64,000 nucleotides of DNA from an uncultured Acidobacteriota bacterium (GTDB lineage Bacteria > Acidobacteriota > Thermoanaerobaculia > UBA5066), in NCBI GenBank assembly GCA_963779415.1, contig CAVZYA010000001.1:1792001-1856000 (forward strand), read 5' to 3'. The first letter of the stretch is position 1. The number at the start of each line of letters is the position of its first letter. The notes under the pieces were generated by a model that saw only the letters and a program-made list of their open reading frames with translations, had not been told where the DNA came from and made no database searches. Made by a program: the position numbers and the translations under genes. This document shows positions 28,488-37,467 of this stretch, piece by piece.

Positions 28488-29270
28488 TCACGCACTCTCA
28501 CGCGAGAGGTTAGCACCGGGCGCCCCGCTTCCGGTCTGGAGAAGCCGTCGCGTCGCCGGGTGTCCGGGGTGCGCGAGCACCTCCCCGGGCTCCCCCTCCT
28601 CCACGATCCTCCCCTCCGCGAGGACGGCGACTCGCGTCGCGACTCGATGTGCGAACTCGACGTCGTGCGTCGTGACGAGGAGAGCCCGCCCGTCGGCGCC
28701 GAGCCGCCGGAGCGACTCCCCGAGTTCGCCCCGCCTCGCGGGATCGAGCGACGCGGTCGGCTCGTCCATCAGGAGAAGGGGTGGGTCCATCGCGAGGCTT
28801 CGGGCGATGGCAACCCGCTGCGCTTCGCCCCCGGAAAGCTCCCGCGGGAGGGCTCTCGCGCGTCCCTCGACGCCGAGCGAGGAGAGGAGCCGCATCGCTC
28901 TCTCCTCAGCCTCGCGTCGTGGCGCCCCAAGGACGTGTACCGGAGCGAGCGTCACGTTTTCGAGCGCCGTCAGGTGGTCGAAGAGAAAGTGCTGCTGGAA
29001 GACCATCCCGACCTGCCGGCGGAGCGCCCGCGCGGCGGCCCCGACCGGAAGCCGGCCGGCGACGAGGGGGACGTCCCCGACCGAGACGGTCCCGGAGTCG
29101 AACGGCGAGAGCCCCGCGACCGCCCGCAGGACCGTCGTCTTGCCCCCTCCGGAAGGCGCCATCAGCATGACGATCTCGCCGTGCGCAAGCTCCAGAGTGA
29201 CGCCCGAGAGGATCTCGAGGCTGCCGCGCCGGAGCCTCAGCTCCCGGATCGAAAGGGGAGGAGCGCTCAC
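28488..29270 (-). CDS. Polar amino-acid ABC transporter ATP-binding protein
   Basis: APSGGGKTT, GMVFQ, LSGGEAQRVAIARSLA, MDEPTASLDP; GTG 29270 overlaps the permease stop. Confidence 0.92.
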   Translation of the reverse strand: MSAPPLSIRELRLRRGSLEILSGVTLELAHGEIVMLMAPSGGGKTTVLRAVAGLSPFDSGTVSVGDVPLVAGRLPVGAAARALRRQVGMVFQQHFLFDHLTALENVTLAPVHVLGAPRREAEERAMRLLSSLGVEGRARALPRELSGGEAQRVAIARSLAMDPPLLLMDEPTASLDPARRGELGESLRRLGADGRALLVTTHDVEFAHRVATRVAVLAEGRIVEEGEPGEVLAHPGHPATRRLLQTGSGAPGANLSRESA

Positions 29271-30811
29271 GGGGACGGGGCCTTCCAGCGCGCCTCGAGC
29301 CGCCTCGCGAGGCGCGCGAGCGGGAGCGACATCGCGAGGTAGATCGCGGCGCAGAGAGCACCGGGAACGAGCCACGTCCCGGCATTCACCGCGAAGATCG
29401 AGGTCTGCTTCGTCAGCTCCACGACCGTGATGACCGAGACGAGCGAGGAGTCCTTCAGGAGCGCCACGAAGTCGTTCGTCATCGGCGCGAGCGCGAGCCG
29501 GAACGCCTGCGGCGCGCGGACGAGGCGAAACACCTGCATCTCCGAAAGCCCCAGCGTCCGCGCCGCCTCGAGCTGTCCCTCCGGCACGGCTTCCAGCGCT
29601 CCCCGGTAGATCTCGCTTTCGTAGGCGGCGTAGTTGAGGCCGAGGCCGAGGAGGGCCGCGACGAAGGCCGGGAGCTTCACGACGGAGGAGAGGCCGTAGT
29701 AGAGGACGAAGAGCTGCAGAAGGACGGGCGTCCCCCGCGTCGCCTCCACGTAGAGCGTCAGAGAAGCGCGGACGAGAGCGCCGCCGTAGATCCGCCCCGT
29801 CGCCAGAAGGGTGCCCGCGGCGACCGCGAGCCCCATCGCGAGGCACGAAAGGAGGATCGTGACGAGGGCCGCCCTGAGGATCGAGGGGAGATATCGGGCG
29901 ACCATCGAGGTCATCGGCGGCCGTTCGGTCCCTCTCGCCGATCCCGACTCCTCGACGGACCCCGGGTCCCCGGCGACGCGCGCAAAGAGTCGCTGCTGCC
30001 CGTCGTCCCAGACTCCCCATCTCTCGAAGATCTTTCGGAGCGTTCCATCCCGCATCTTCTCGCGGAAGATCGCGTCGATCCGGTCGCGGAGAGCCCCGTT
30101 CCCCGGGGCGAGGACGCCGACGTAATGCCCCACGGCGACCGTCCCCGGCTGGATCGAGAGCCCCGGATTCTGCCGGATCGACCGCTCCGCGAGGATGTGA
30201 TCGAGGAGAACCGCGTCGATCCGCCCCCCCGCGAGGTCGGAATAGGGGTTCACGTCGTCGTCGTACGAGACCGGCACGACCCCATCGGCGGCCTTCGCCC
30301 GAAGGAGGATCTCGTAGGCGATCGTCCCCCCGAGCGTTCCCACCTTCCGCCCCCGGAGCTCCGCGAGAGAGGCGAAGCGGGCCCGATCCGCTTCGCGAAC
30401 CGTCAGCACCTCTCGAAACTCGAAGTAGGGGACCGTCACGGCGAGCGCCGCGCGCCGGGCGGGGGTCTCCTCGATGCCGCTCATCCCGATGTCGAAGTCG
30501 CCCCGGACGACCGACGCGTCGATCGACGTGAAGCCCACCTGCACGAAACGGGGAGTCCGCGAGAGTCCTCTCGCCAGCTCCGACGCGATGTCGACGTCGA
30601 AGCCCCGGACCTTCGACGGGTCGGCCGGGTCCGCCTCCACGATCGGCGCGCCCCCCTCGGCGTCGCCGCCCCAGCGCAGCTCCGCTGGCGGCGGCTCGGC
30701 GCGCAGCGCGCGCGCCGCCGCCAGCACCAGAGCCACGGCGCCTGTCATGGCGACGCACAGGACCAGGAGAGATTTCTTCTTAGAGGGAAAGAGGGACATC
30801 GCGCGAATCAC
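29267..30811 (-). CDS. Fused amino-acid ABC substrate-binding protein/permease
   Basis: SBP_bac_3 region (GFDVDIA, GDFDIGMSG) followed by RGTPVLLQLF, NYAAYESEIYRG, LLKDSSLVS. Confidence 0.92.
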   Translation of the reverse strand: MIRAMSLFPSKKKSLLVLCVAMTGAVALVLAAARALRAEPPPAELRWGGDAEGGAPIVEADPADPSKVRGFDVDIASELARGLSRTPRFVQVGFTSIDASVVRGDFDIGMSGIEETPARRAALAVTVPYFEFREVLTVREADRARFASLAELRGRKVGTLGGTIAYEILLRAKAADGVVPVSYDDDVNPYSDLAGGRIDAVLLDHILAERSIRQNPGLSIQPGTVAVGHYVGVLAPGNGALRDRIDAIFREKMRDGTLRKIFERWGVWDDGQQRLFARVAGDPGSVEESGSARGTERPPMTSMVARYLPSILRAALVTILLSCLAMGLAVAAGTLLATGRIYGGALVRASLTLYVEATRGTPVLLQLFVLYYGLSSVVKLPAFVAALLGLGLNYAAYESEIYRGALEAVPEGQLEAARTLGLSEMQVFRLVRAPQAFRLALAPMTNDFVALLKDSSLVSVITVVELTKQTSIFAVNAGTWLVPGALCAAIYLAMSLPLARLARRLEARWKAPSP

Positions 30812-30944
30812 AGGTCTGACCGTTTCCGCGATGGCCTCGCGGACAGTTTGTCTTTCACCCTCCAGGAAAAATACCAGCTATCGACGATGTCGTTCCGATC
30901 CATCTTGTCGGGCGGACGGGGCGTAACCTCCGGTTGCCCCATCG

Positions 30945-30973
30945 TTGACAGAAATCTGCCTATTACATATGCT
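30945..30973 (+). promoter_or_regulatory. Sigma70 promoter of the vapBC operon
   Basis: TTGACA (30945-30950), 17-nt spacer, TATGCT (30968-30973), then ATG 7 nt downstream (leaderless). Confidence 0.8.
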
Positions 30974-30980
30974 GATCTGC

Positions 30981-31241
30981 ATGCGCACGACGCTCGCTCT
31001 CGACGATGACCTCTACCGGGAAGCCAGGAAGGCCGCGCTGGACGCCGGGACGACCGTGACCGCCCTGATCGAGACCGCTCTCCGGGAGAGCCTCCGCCGC
31101 CGGCATGGGCCCGCGATCCCGCGCAAGAGGAGCCGCCTGCCGACATTCCGCGGCCGCGGCCTGATGCCGGGCGTCGACCTCGACGACTCCGCTTCGCTCC
31201 TGGACCTCATGGAGGCCCATCATCCGGCTGCTCGACGTTAA
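30981..31241 (+). CDS. vapB: VapB-like ribbon-helix-helix antitoxin
   Basis: MRTTLALDDDL...TVTALIETALR...LPTF.G.GL.PGVDLDDS; directly upstream of a PIN-domain gene. Confidence 0.85.
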   Translation: MRTTLALDDDLYREARKAALDAGTTVTALIETALRESLRRRHGPAIPRKRSRLPTFRGRGLMPGVDLDDSASLLDLMEAHHPAARR

Positions 31242-31656
31242 CGTCCTCGTCTACGCGCATCGCGAGGACGCCGAGAACCACGCGCTCTTCCGGGACTGGC
31301 TGAGAACCGTCGTGGACGGGGACGAGCCCTTTGGCGTTCCCTCGCTCGTCTTCAGCGGGTTCCTCCGGGTCGTGACGCACCCGGGCATCTTCTTCGTTCC
31401 CTCCCCGCTCACGAGAGCGCTCGGCTTCGTCGAGGGAGTCCGCGGTTCCGTCGCTTTCGTCTCTGTCGAGCCCGGGCCGCGCCACTGGACGATCTTCCGG
31501 AGGCTCTGCGAAGAGGCGGGGGCAAAGGGAAACCTGATCGCCGACGCCTATCTCGCCGGCATCGCGATCGAGCAAGGGTGCGAGTGGATCACCACGGACC
31601 GCGACTATTCGCGGTTCGGGGGTCTGAAAACGCGCCACCCTCTGAGAACGACGTGA
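31219..31656 (+). CDS. vapC: VapC PIN-domain toxin (no canonical start codon)
   Basis: In-frame IIRLLDVNVLVYAH...GFLRVVTHP...DAYLAGIAIE...TTDRDYSRF; the frame begins with ATC after GGAGG. Confidence 0.88.
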   Translation: MIRLLDVNVLVYAHREDAENHALFRDWLRTVVDGDEPFGVPSLVFSGFLRVVTHPGIFFVPSPLTRALGFVEGVRGSVAFVSVEPGPRHWTIFRRLCEEAGAKGNLIADAYLAGIAIEQGCEWITTDRDYSRFGGLKTRHPLRTT

Positions 31657-31666
31657 CCAGACGAAA

Positions 31667-32518
31667 TCAGAAGCTTCCGAGACGTTCGCCCACCTTCACG
31701 GGGCCGAGCGCGCGCGTCGGTCTCCATTCGTTCCTTCGCGATCCGCCGACGAGCAGGACCACCGTCGAGCCGAGCTCGAAAGCGCCGAGGTCGTCTCCCG
31801 GCGCGCACGGCAGCGCGCCGACGCCGAGCCTTCCCCGCGACGGGAGCGTCCGTCCTTCGAGCCAGCGTTCGTCGAGGACCACGCCGCCGACGTGCGTCGC
31901 CCCGACGAGGACGACCGCGGCGGCGAGGCCCCCGCACACCCCACTCCCTTCGGCAATCCAGTACGCCCGCCGGTTCCGGACGTAGAGTCCGCGGGTGAAC
32001 GCCGTCGAGGCGTCGTTCACGGGCCAGAGCTCCCCTTCGACCCGCCCCACGGCCACGCACTCCCCCGGCAGAGGAACGTGGATCCGGTGGTAGTCCTTCG
32101 GCGCGAGATAGAGCGTCAGGTAGTGCCCCCCGTCGAAGAGCCGGGCGAGCGGGTCGCCGTCCAGGAGTTCGTCGAGCCCGTACGGCAGCCCCTTGGCCTG
32201 GATGAGGGCCCCGTCCGTCACGCGCCCCGCGGCGATCAGCCGCCCGTCGACGGGTGAGTTGATTCCCCCCGGGCTCTCCGGGGTCTGCGGGCGAAGGCCC
32301 GGTTTGAGCCGCCGCGTGAAGAAGTCGAGGAAGCTCGCGTAATCGCCGATTTGCCGGTCGGCCTCCTCGAGGTCCACGCCGTACGCCCGCGCGAACCGTC
32401 CGTAGACCGGGGCGCGGAGGGCGCGCGGCAGTGTCATCCGCGAAAGAGCCCCCGCGACTGCCGAACCCGCCTTCTTCGGGTAGAGCGAGAGGAGCTGGAG
32501 GGAGAGCGGCATACCCAT
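31667..32518 (-). CDS. psd: Phosphatidylserine decarboxylase proenzyme
   Basis: FFTRRLK, SPVDG, QAKG, YLAPKDYHRIH, FELGSTVVLL (LGST cleavage site). Confidence 0.92.
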   Translation of the reverse strand: MGMPLSLQLLSLYPKKAGSAVAGALSRMTLPRALRAPVYGRFARAYGVDLEEADRQIGDYASFLDFFTRRLKPGLRPQTPESPGGINSPVDGRLIAAGRVTDGALIQAKGLPYGLDELLDGDPLARLFDGGHYLTLYLAPKDYHRIHVPLPGECVAVGRVEGELWPVNDASTAFTRGLYVRNRRAYWIAEGSGVCGGLAAAVVLVGATHVGGVVLDERWLEGRTLPSRGRLGVGALPCAPGDDLGAFELGSTVVLLVGGSRRNEWRPTRALGPVKVGERLGSF

Positions 32519-32560
32519 CCTCCCCCGAAGCTACCAGACGGGACGCGGGCGGAGTGAGTC

Positions 32561-33508
32561 TCAGACCTTTGCCTTGAACTCCTCCGTCGCCTCGACGAGC
32601 GCGGAAGCGATGCCCGGCTCGTCGGCGGCGTGTCCCGCGTCCCCGATGAACCGGAGGCGCGAGCCGGGCCAGGCGCGGTGGAGATCCCACGCGGACTGCG
32701 CCGGGCAGACGAGGTCGTATCGCCCCTGGATGATCAGGGACGGCACGTGCCGGATCCGCCCGACGTTCCGGAGGAGCTGGTCGTCCGGGTCGAAGAACGA
32801 GTCGTTCACGAAGTAGTGCGCCTCGATCCGCGCCAGCGCGATCTCCTTCGGGACGTCCTCCTCCTTCACCGGCTCGAGATTCGGGAAGAGGTGGCTCGCC
32901 CGCTCCTCCCAGAGGTTCCAGGCGAGCGCCGCCTCTCTCGAAATCTCGGGCTCGGGCGCCGAGAGTCGGCGAAGGAAGGCGTGCAGGACGTCTCCCCGCT
33001 CGCGCGGAGAGAGCCTCTCGACGAAGGCCTCCCACCCGTCGGGATAGATCCGGCGGCAACCGTCGGAGAAGGTCCAGTCGATCTCGGAGCGGCGGCCGAG
33101 GAAGATGCCGCGGAGGATCAGCCCCTGCACCCGCTCGGGATGCGTCTCGGCGTAGGCGAGGGCGAGCGTGGAGCCCCAGGAGCCTCCGAAGACGAGCCAC
33201 TTCGGGATGCCGAGCCGCTCGCGGATCCGCTCCGTGTCGGCGACGAGGTCCCAGGTCGTGTTCTCCGCGATTTCCCCGAGCGGCGTCGACTTCCCGCACC
33301 CCCGCTGGTCGAAGAGAACGATGCGCCAGAATGCCGGATCGAAGAACCGTCGGTGGATCGGCGAGATTCCCGCCCCCGGTCCGCCGTGAAAGAAGAGAAC
33401 CGGCTTTCCTTCCGGATTCCCCGCTTCCTCGACGTGCAGATCGTGAAGGTCGGAGACGCGGAGGCGGAACGTCCGGTACGGCTCGATCTCCGGGTAGAGC
33501 GGCGGCAT
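32561..33508 (-). CDS. pip: Proline iminopeptidase
   Basis: HGGPG, DQRGCGKS, GGSWGS, GRYDLVCP, AGH. Confidence 0.95.
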   Translation of the reverse strand: MPPLYPEIEPYRTFRLRVSDLHDLHVEEAGNPEGKPVLFFHGGPGAGISPIHRRFFDPAFWRIVLFDQRGCGKSTPLGEIAENTTWDLVADTERIRERLGIPKWLVFGGSWGSTLALAYAETHPERVQGLILRGIFLGRRSEIDWTFSDGCRRIYPDGWEAFVERLSPRERGDVLHAFLRRLSAPEPEISREAALAWNLWEERASHLFPNLEPVKEEDVPKEIALARIEAHYFVNDSFFDPDDQLLRNVGRIRHVPSLIIQGRYDLVCPAQSAWDLHRAWPGSRLRFIGDAGHAADEPGIASALVEATEEFKAKV

Positions 33509-33551
33509 GCCGGAAGTTTAAGCCGGAGGCCCGGCCGCGGGCGGACGGCCT

Positions 33552-35081
33552 CTACTCGATCCCGAAAAAGCCGCGGATCTTCGAGAGGAGCGAGCCCTGC
33601 TCCGCCTCGAGCCGGGCGCGCTTCGCCTCCTCGGAGAGCCCCTCGCGGACGGCCGCCAGCTCCACCTCGCGCGCGGCGAGAATCTGCGAGATCTCCCCGG
33701 CGAGGGACGGGCGGGCGGCGAGAATTCCCTGAAAGGCCTCCTTCGTCACGCGCCAGCACTCGACGTCATCGCTCGCGACCACCGTGGCACGCCGCGGTTC
33801 GCCGAGGAGGAGCCCCATCTCCCCGAAGACGACCGGGGCCGTGAGCGTCGCCACGGCGCGCGCCTCGGACCCTTCTACTGATACCCGAACCTCGGCGGTC
33901 CCCTTCGTCAGGACGTAGAGGTGCTTTGCCGGAGCTCCCTGCGCGACGACCGTCTCCCCGGCCCCGTATGGCGCGAAGAGGAGCCCTTCGGCCAGCCGGG
34001 TCTTCTCCTCCGGCGTGAGCGGCGAAAAGAAGGGAACCTGTTCGACGGCCGCGAGGCGGCGGGAGCCGTCTTCCTCCCGCGTTCTCCGCTCCCGCGCGTC
34101 GTCCTCGGCGGTCAGGAGCACGTTCTGCTTCGGGACGGCGAGCGGGATCCCCGCCCGCTTCAGCGCGAACCAGACGCGAGTCCGGACCGCCGAGTCGGTC
34201 GGATCCGGAGCGAGAAAATCCGTCAGCCAGTAGCGCGCGGCGTACTCCGCGGCGCTTCCACGCAGGTCGATGAGAACCACGTCCGGCCGTGGCTCGGACG
34301 ACACGTTCGGGATCGGCTCCCGGCGAAGGGCGTTCGTGACGGCCGCGATCACGGCCGTCGGCGGCACGCGGTTGTCCACCTGGAAATGGACCCAACGGCG
34401 GTCTTTGACCGGCCCTCCGACCGCCCTCCGGCCGAGGAGAAGGACGGGGCTGCGCATCATCTGGTTGTTCGGGATCGAGAGCGTGTCGCCGTTCAGCGTC
34501 TCGACCGAGGTGGTACGCCACGACACCTCGCGGACGACCCCCGTCACGTCGCCGAACCGGATCCAGTCCCCGACTCCCACCGACCGGTCGAGCTGGAGCG
34601 CCAGCCCTCCCATGACGTTCGTCAGGAAATCCTGGAGCGAGAGGCCGAGGACGGCGGTGAGGACCGCCGACGTCGCGACGAGCCCCGCCACGTCCACGCG
34701 GCGGGTGGAGAGGAGCCAGAGGAAGAATGCGACCGCTCCGAGGGCGACGGCCACGTCGCGGAGGATCTTCGAGGGGCGGAGACGGAGAAACGGCAGAACC
34801 GACCCGAACAGGAAGGCGCCGACGAGGCTGATGAGGGCGATCCCCTGAACGAGCTTCGCCACGAGATGGCCGACTTCCGCGGCGCCGGCAAGCCCGGCAG
34901 CCTCCACGACGGCCATCGCGCCCTGCACGACCAGGGACCCGAGGTAGAGCGCGACGAGGCGGAGAACGTGGCGCCGCTCGCGGGGCACGATGGCGAGGAC
35001 CACGAGCGAAAGGAGGACGAACGACGCCCCGAGACGGAGGTCGCCCGCGTCCAGAAATCCCCAGATCCGGATGGAGTCCAT
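33552..35081 (-). CDS. MscS-family channel with C-terminal cyclic-nucleotide-binding domain
   Basis: GLSLQD..NVMGG, VGDWI, IPNN, then FGEMGLLLGEPRRATV. Confidence 0.92.
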   Translation of the reverse strand: MDSIRIWGFLDAGDLRLGASFVLLSLVVLAIVPRERRHVLRLVALYLGSLVVQGAMAVVEAAGLAGAAEVGHLVAKLVQGIALISLVGAFLFGSVLPFLRLRPSKILRDVAVALGAVAFFLWLLSTRRVDVAGLVATSAVLTAVLGLSLQDFLTNVMGGLALQLDRSVGVGDWIRFGDVTGVVREVSWRTTSVETLNGDTLSIPNNQMMRSPVLLLGRRAVGGPVKDRRWVHFQVDNRVPPTAVIAAVTNALRREPIPNVSSEPRPDVVLIDLRGSAAEYAARYWLTDFLAPDPTDSAVRTRVWFALKRAGIPLAVPKQNVLLTAEDDARERRTREEDGSRRLAAVEQVPFFSPLTPEEKTRLAEGLLFAPYGAGETVVAQGAPAKHLYVLTKGTAEVRVSVEGSEARAVATLTAPVVFGEMGLLLGEPRRATVVASDDVECWRVTKEAFQGILAARPSLAGEISQILAAREVELAAVREGLSEEAKRARLEAEQGSLLSKIRGFFGIE

Positions 35082-35117
35082 GTCCTGGTCCGATTATCTA
35101 CGTCGCCACGTCGGTTC

Positions 35118-36270
35118 TTACGCGGCTTCCCGGAGGAGCTGAACCACCGGGCGGCGGGAGAGGGTGAGGGCGGGGACGGCGCCGGAGACCACGGCGAGAA
35201 GGAGTCCGAAGAGAAGGACCGTCAGGTCGGAGAGGAGGTCCGGGCGGAGGAGATCGCCGAGCCCCTGGAGCTGCGTCTTGTTGAGCCCGAAGCTCGCCAG
35301 CGCGGAGAAGGCGCGGACGAAGAGCATCCCGATCGCCCCTCCGAGGACCCCGTAGAGCGCCGCTTCCGCGAGAAGGATGGCGAGCACGGCACGGCGGCCG
35401 AAGCCGAGGACGCGGAGGACGGCCGTCTCGCCGCGCCGCTCGCGCGCCCCCATCGCGAGGGTATTGCTCGTGATCAGGATGAGGGCGAACGCCGTCGCGA
35501 GGCCGATCGAGCCGATGAGCGCCTTCACGTTCCCGAGCATCTGCATGAACATCAGCTGGTACTGCTTCTCGGTCATGGCGCGGATCGGGGCCGGAGCGTT
35601 CTCGAACCGACGTTCGATTTCGGCCGTCATCGGCGCGACGGCGTCGCGGCTCGTGGCGAGGATCCAGAACATCGCGACGCTCCCCTCGTCCCCGGTCAGC
35701 TGCTCGAAGTACCGGCGGTGGAGGTAGACGCCGTTGTCGAGGTGGTAACCCATGACGGCGCGGACGGTCGCCTCGATGACGCCCCCTCGCACTGGCGCCT
35801 TGAGGACGATCCGAGTCCCCGGCTTCCACCCGAACCGGTCGGCGAGGATCCAGCCGATGAGGGCCCCCGTCGGATCCTCCTTCCACGCGGCGACCTGCTC
35901 TTTCGGAACGTCGGCCTCGGCGTAGACCTTCAGGAACGGGTCGACGTCGGCCTCGAGGACCGGGATCTGGTTCTCGGGCCGGTTGTCGCGGTAGAAGGCC
36001 GACGAGGAAGTCGAACGGCGCGACCTCGCGGACCCCGGGGACCTCCGCGATCTTCGGGAGATACGCCATCGGTAGCTTCTCGAAGAACGACGACTTCGCC
36101 ATGACCATGGCCCGCTGCGCCTGCATGGGGGACCAGTCCTGCTTCAGGGCGTCCGAGAGAAGAAGGAGGAATCCCATCAGGCCGACCGAGAGGCCTATCG
36201 CGAGAATCGTCAGGATCGACCGGAGCGGCCGGGCCAGAAGATGCCGGTGGACGAGGAGGAACGGCGGCAC
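35118..36270 (-). CDS. FtsX/MacB-type ABC permease (frameshift at ~35997)
   Basis: RPLRSILTILAI N-terminus; NTLAMGARERRGETAVLRVLGF...LLAEA; C-terminal PA.....PVV.LLRE. Confidence 0.85.
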
Positions 36271-36277
36271 GGGCCCT

Positions 36278-37366
36278 TTACGCGCGGCCCGGCGCGGCGG
36301 GGATCTTCAGCCGGCAGCCCGGGATCGACTCGATGAAGCCGGCCCCGAACGCCTGCGCGGGGGTCCAGGCTCCCGCCGAAACCTCGCCGGCGACCACTCT
36401 CTTCGCGATCGCGACGGCGGTCTCGGCCGTCAGCGAGTAGCCCTCGGGCGTCTCGAGCGTTCCGGTCACTTCGTGCGTGCCGTCCGAGACGCGGCCCCAG
36501 AGGACAGACCGCTCGCGACGTCGGTCCTCTTCCGTCGGGCCCCGGACGTTCCGGTCCACGCGGGCCTTGAGGAAGCTCTGGACGAATCCGAGCCCGAGGA
36601 CCGGGGCGAGAAACGCGGAGCGCCTCGCGGCCGAGACCGCCGATGGCGGCACCGCCATGTAGACCTCGATGTTCGGAATTCCGGTCGACCGGAAGGCCGT
36701 CGAGACGTCGCCCCACGGGATCGTCATCGCGAGCCTCGGCTTGTCGGGGAAGGGAACGGTCATGGTCTTCCAAGCGGCCGGAACGCGGACGATCTTCCCG
36801 TCCACCCGTGCCGCGCCCCCCTTCGGGATCCCCTCGATCATCGTCTTCATCGTCCCGGCGCTCGACTTGAAGCCCCGGAAGGCGAGCTGAAGGTGCGTGG
36901 CTCCCGGAAGTGCGGCCGCGAGGGAAGCGGCGAGGCAGTCCGAAGGGACGACGTCGAACCCCGTTCCCGGTATTACTGGGATGCCGGCCTTTACGGCCTC
37001 CCGTTCCCTGGCGAAGCAGGCCTCGAAGACATCGATCTCGCCCGTGATGTCGAGGTAGGCCGTCCGGGCGCGGAGGCACGCCTCGAGCGCCGGAGCGCTC
37101 GTCCGCGAGAAGGGCCCCGCCGCGAGGAGGAGCGCTCCGAACGGTTCCAGCATCCGCGTGACGAGGTCGGGATCGGAGAGGGGGAAGCAGAGGGTCTCCC
37201 ACCCGAGCGGCTTCGCGACCGGATCCACCGTCTCCGGACGCCGGCCGCCGAGGACCGCGCGGAAACCTTCCCGGCGGAGAACCTCCGCGATGAGCCGCCC
37301 CGTGTAGCCGCCCGCGCCGTAGAGGAGAAGTCCCCCTTTTTTCCGCGCCGTCGTCATCCGGAACAT
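36278..37366 (-). CDS. Saccharopine dehydrogenase-like oxidoreductase
   Basis: YGAGGYTG, AGPF, YLDITGE, GFDVVPSD, WGDVSTA. Confidence 0.88.
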   Translation of the reverse strand: MFRMTTARKKGGLLLYGAGGYTGRLIAEVLRREGFRAVLGGRRPETVDPVAKPLGWETLCFPLSDPDLVTRMLEPFGALLLAAGPFSRTSAPALEACLRARTAYLDITGEIDVFEACFAREREAVKAGIPVIPGTGFDVVPSDCLAASLAAALPGATHLQLAFRGFKSSAGTMKTMIEGIPKGGAARVDGKIVRVPAAWKTMTVPFPDKPRLAMTIPWGDVSTAFRSTGIPNIEVYMAVPPSAVSAARRSAFLAPVLGLGFVQSFLKARVDRNVRGPTEEDRRRERSVLWGRVSDGTHEVTGTLETPEGYSLTAETAVAIAKRVVAGEVSAGAWTPAQAFGAGFIESIPGCRLKIPAAPGRA

Positions 37367-37467
37367 AGTCTCGCACGACGGCGCCGCGCTCCCCCCTCCC
37401 CCGACGGCCCCACGCCGGCGAAAAAAGGAGCGCCATCCCCGTCCGGCGCCGATAACATCCGCGTCCG

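Noticed and set aside
30815-30860. c-di-GMP-I riboswitch-like text (AAAGACAAAC...GCGA) upstream of the ABC operon
   Set aside because: The conserved GGACGCAAA segment and second stem are missing.
30947-30960. GACAGAAATCTGCC as a third copy of the GACA-N5-TGTC operator
   Set aside because: The right half-site does not match, and the sequence is explained by the TTGACA -35 box.
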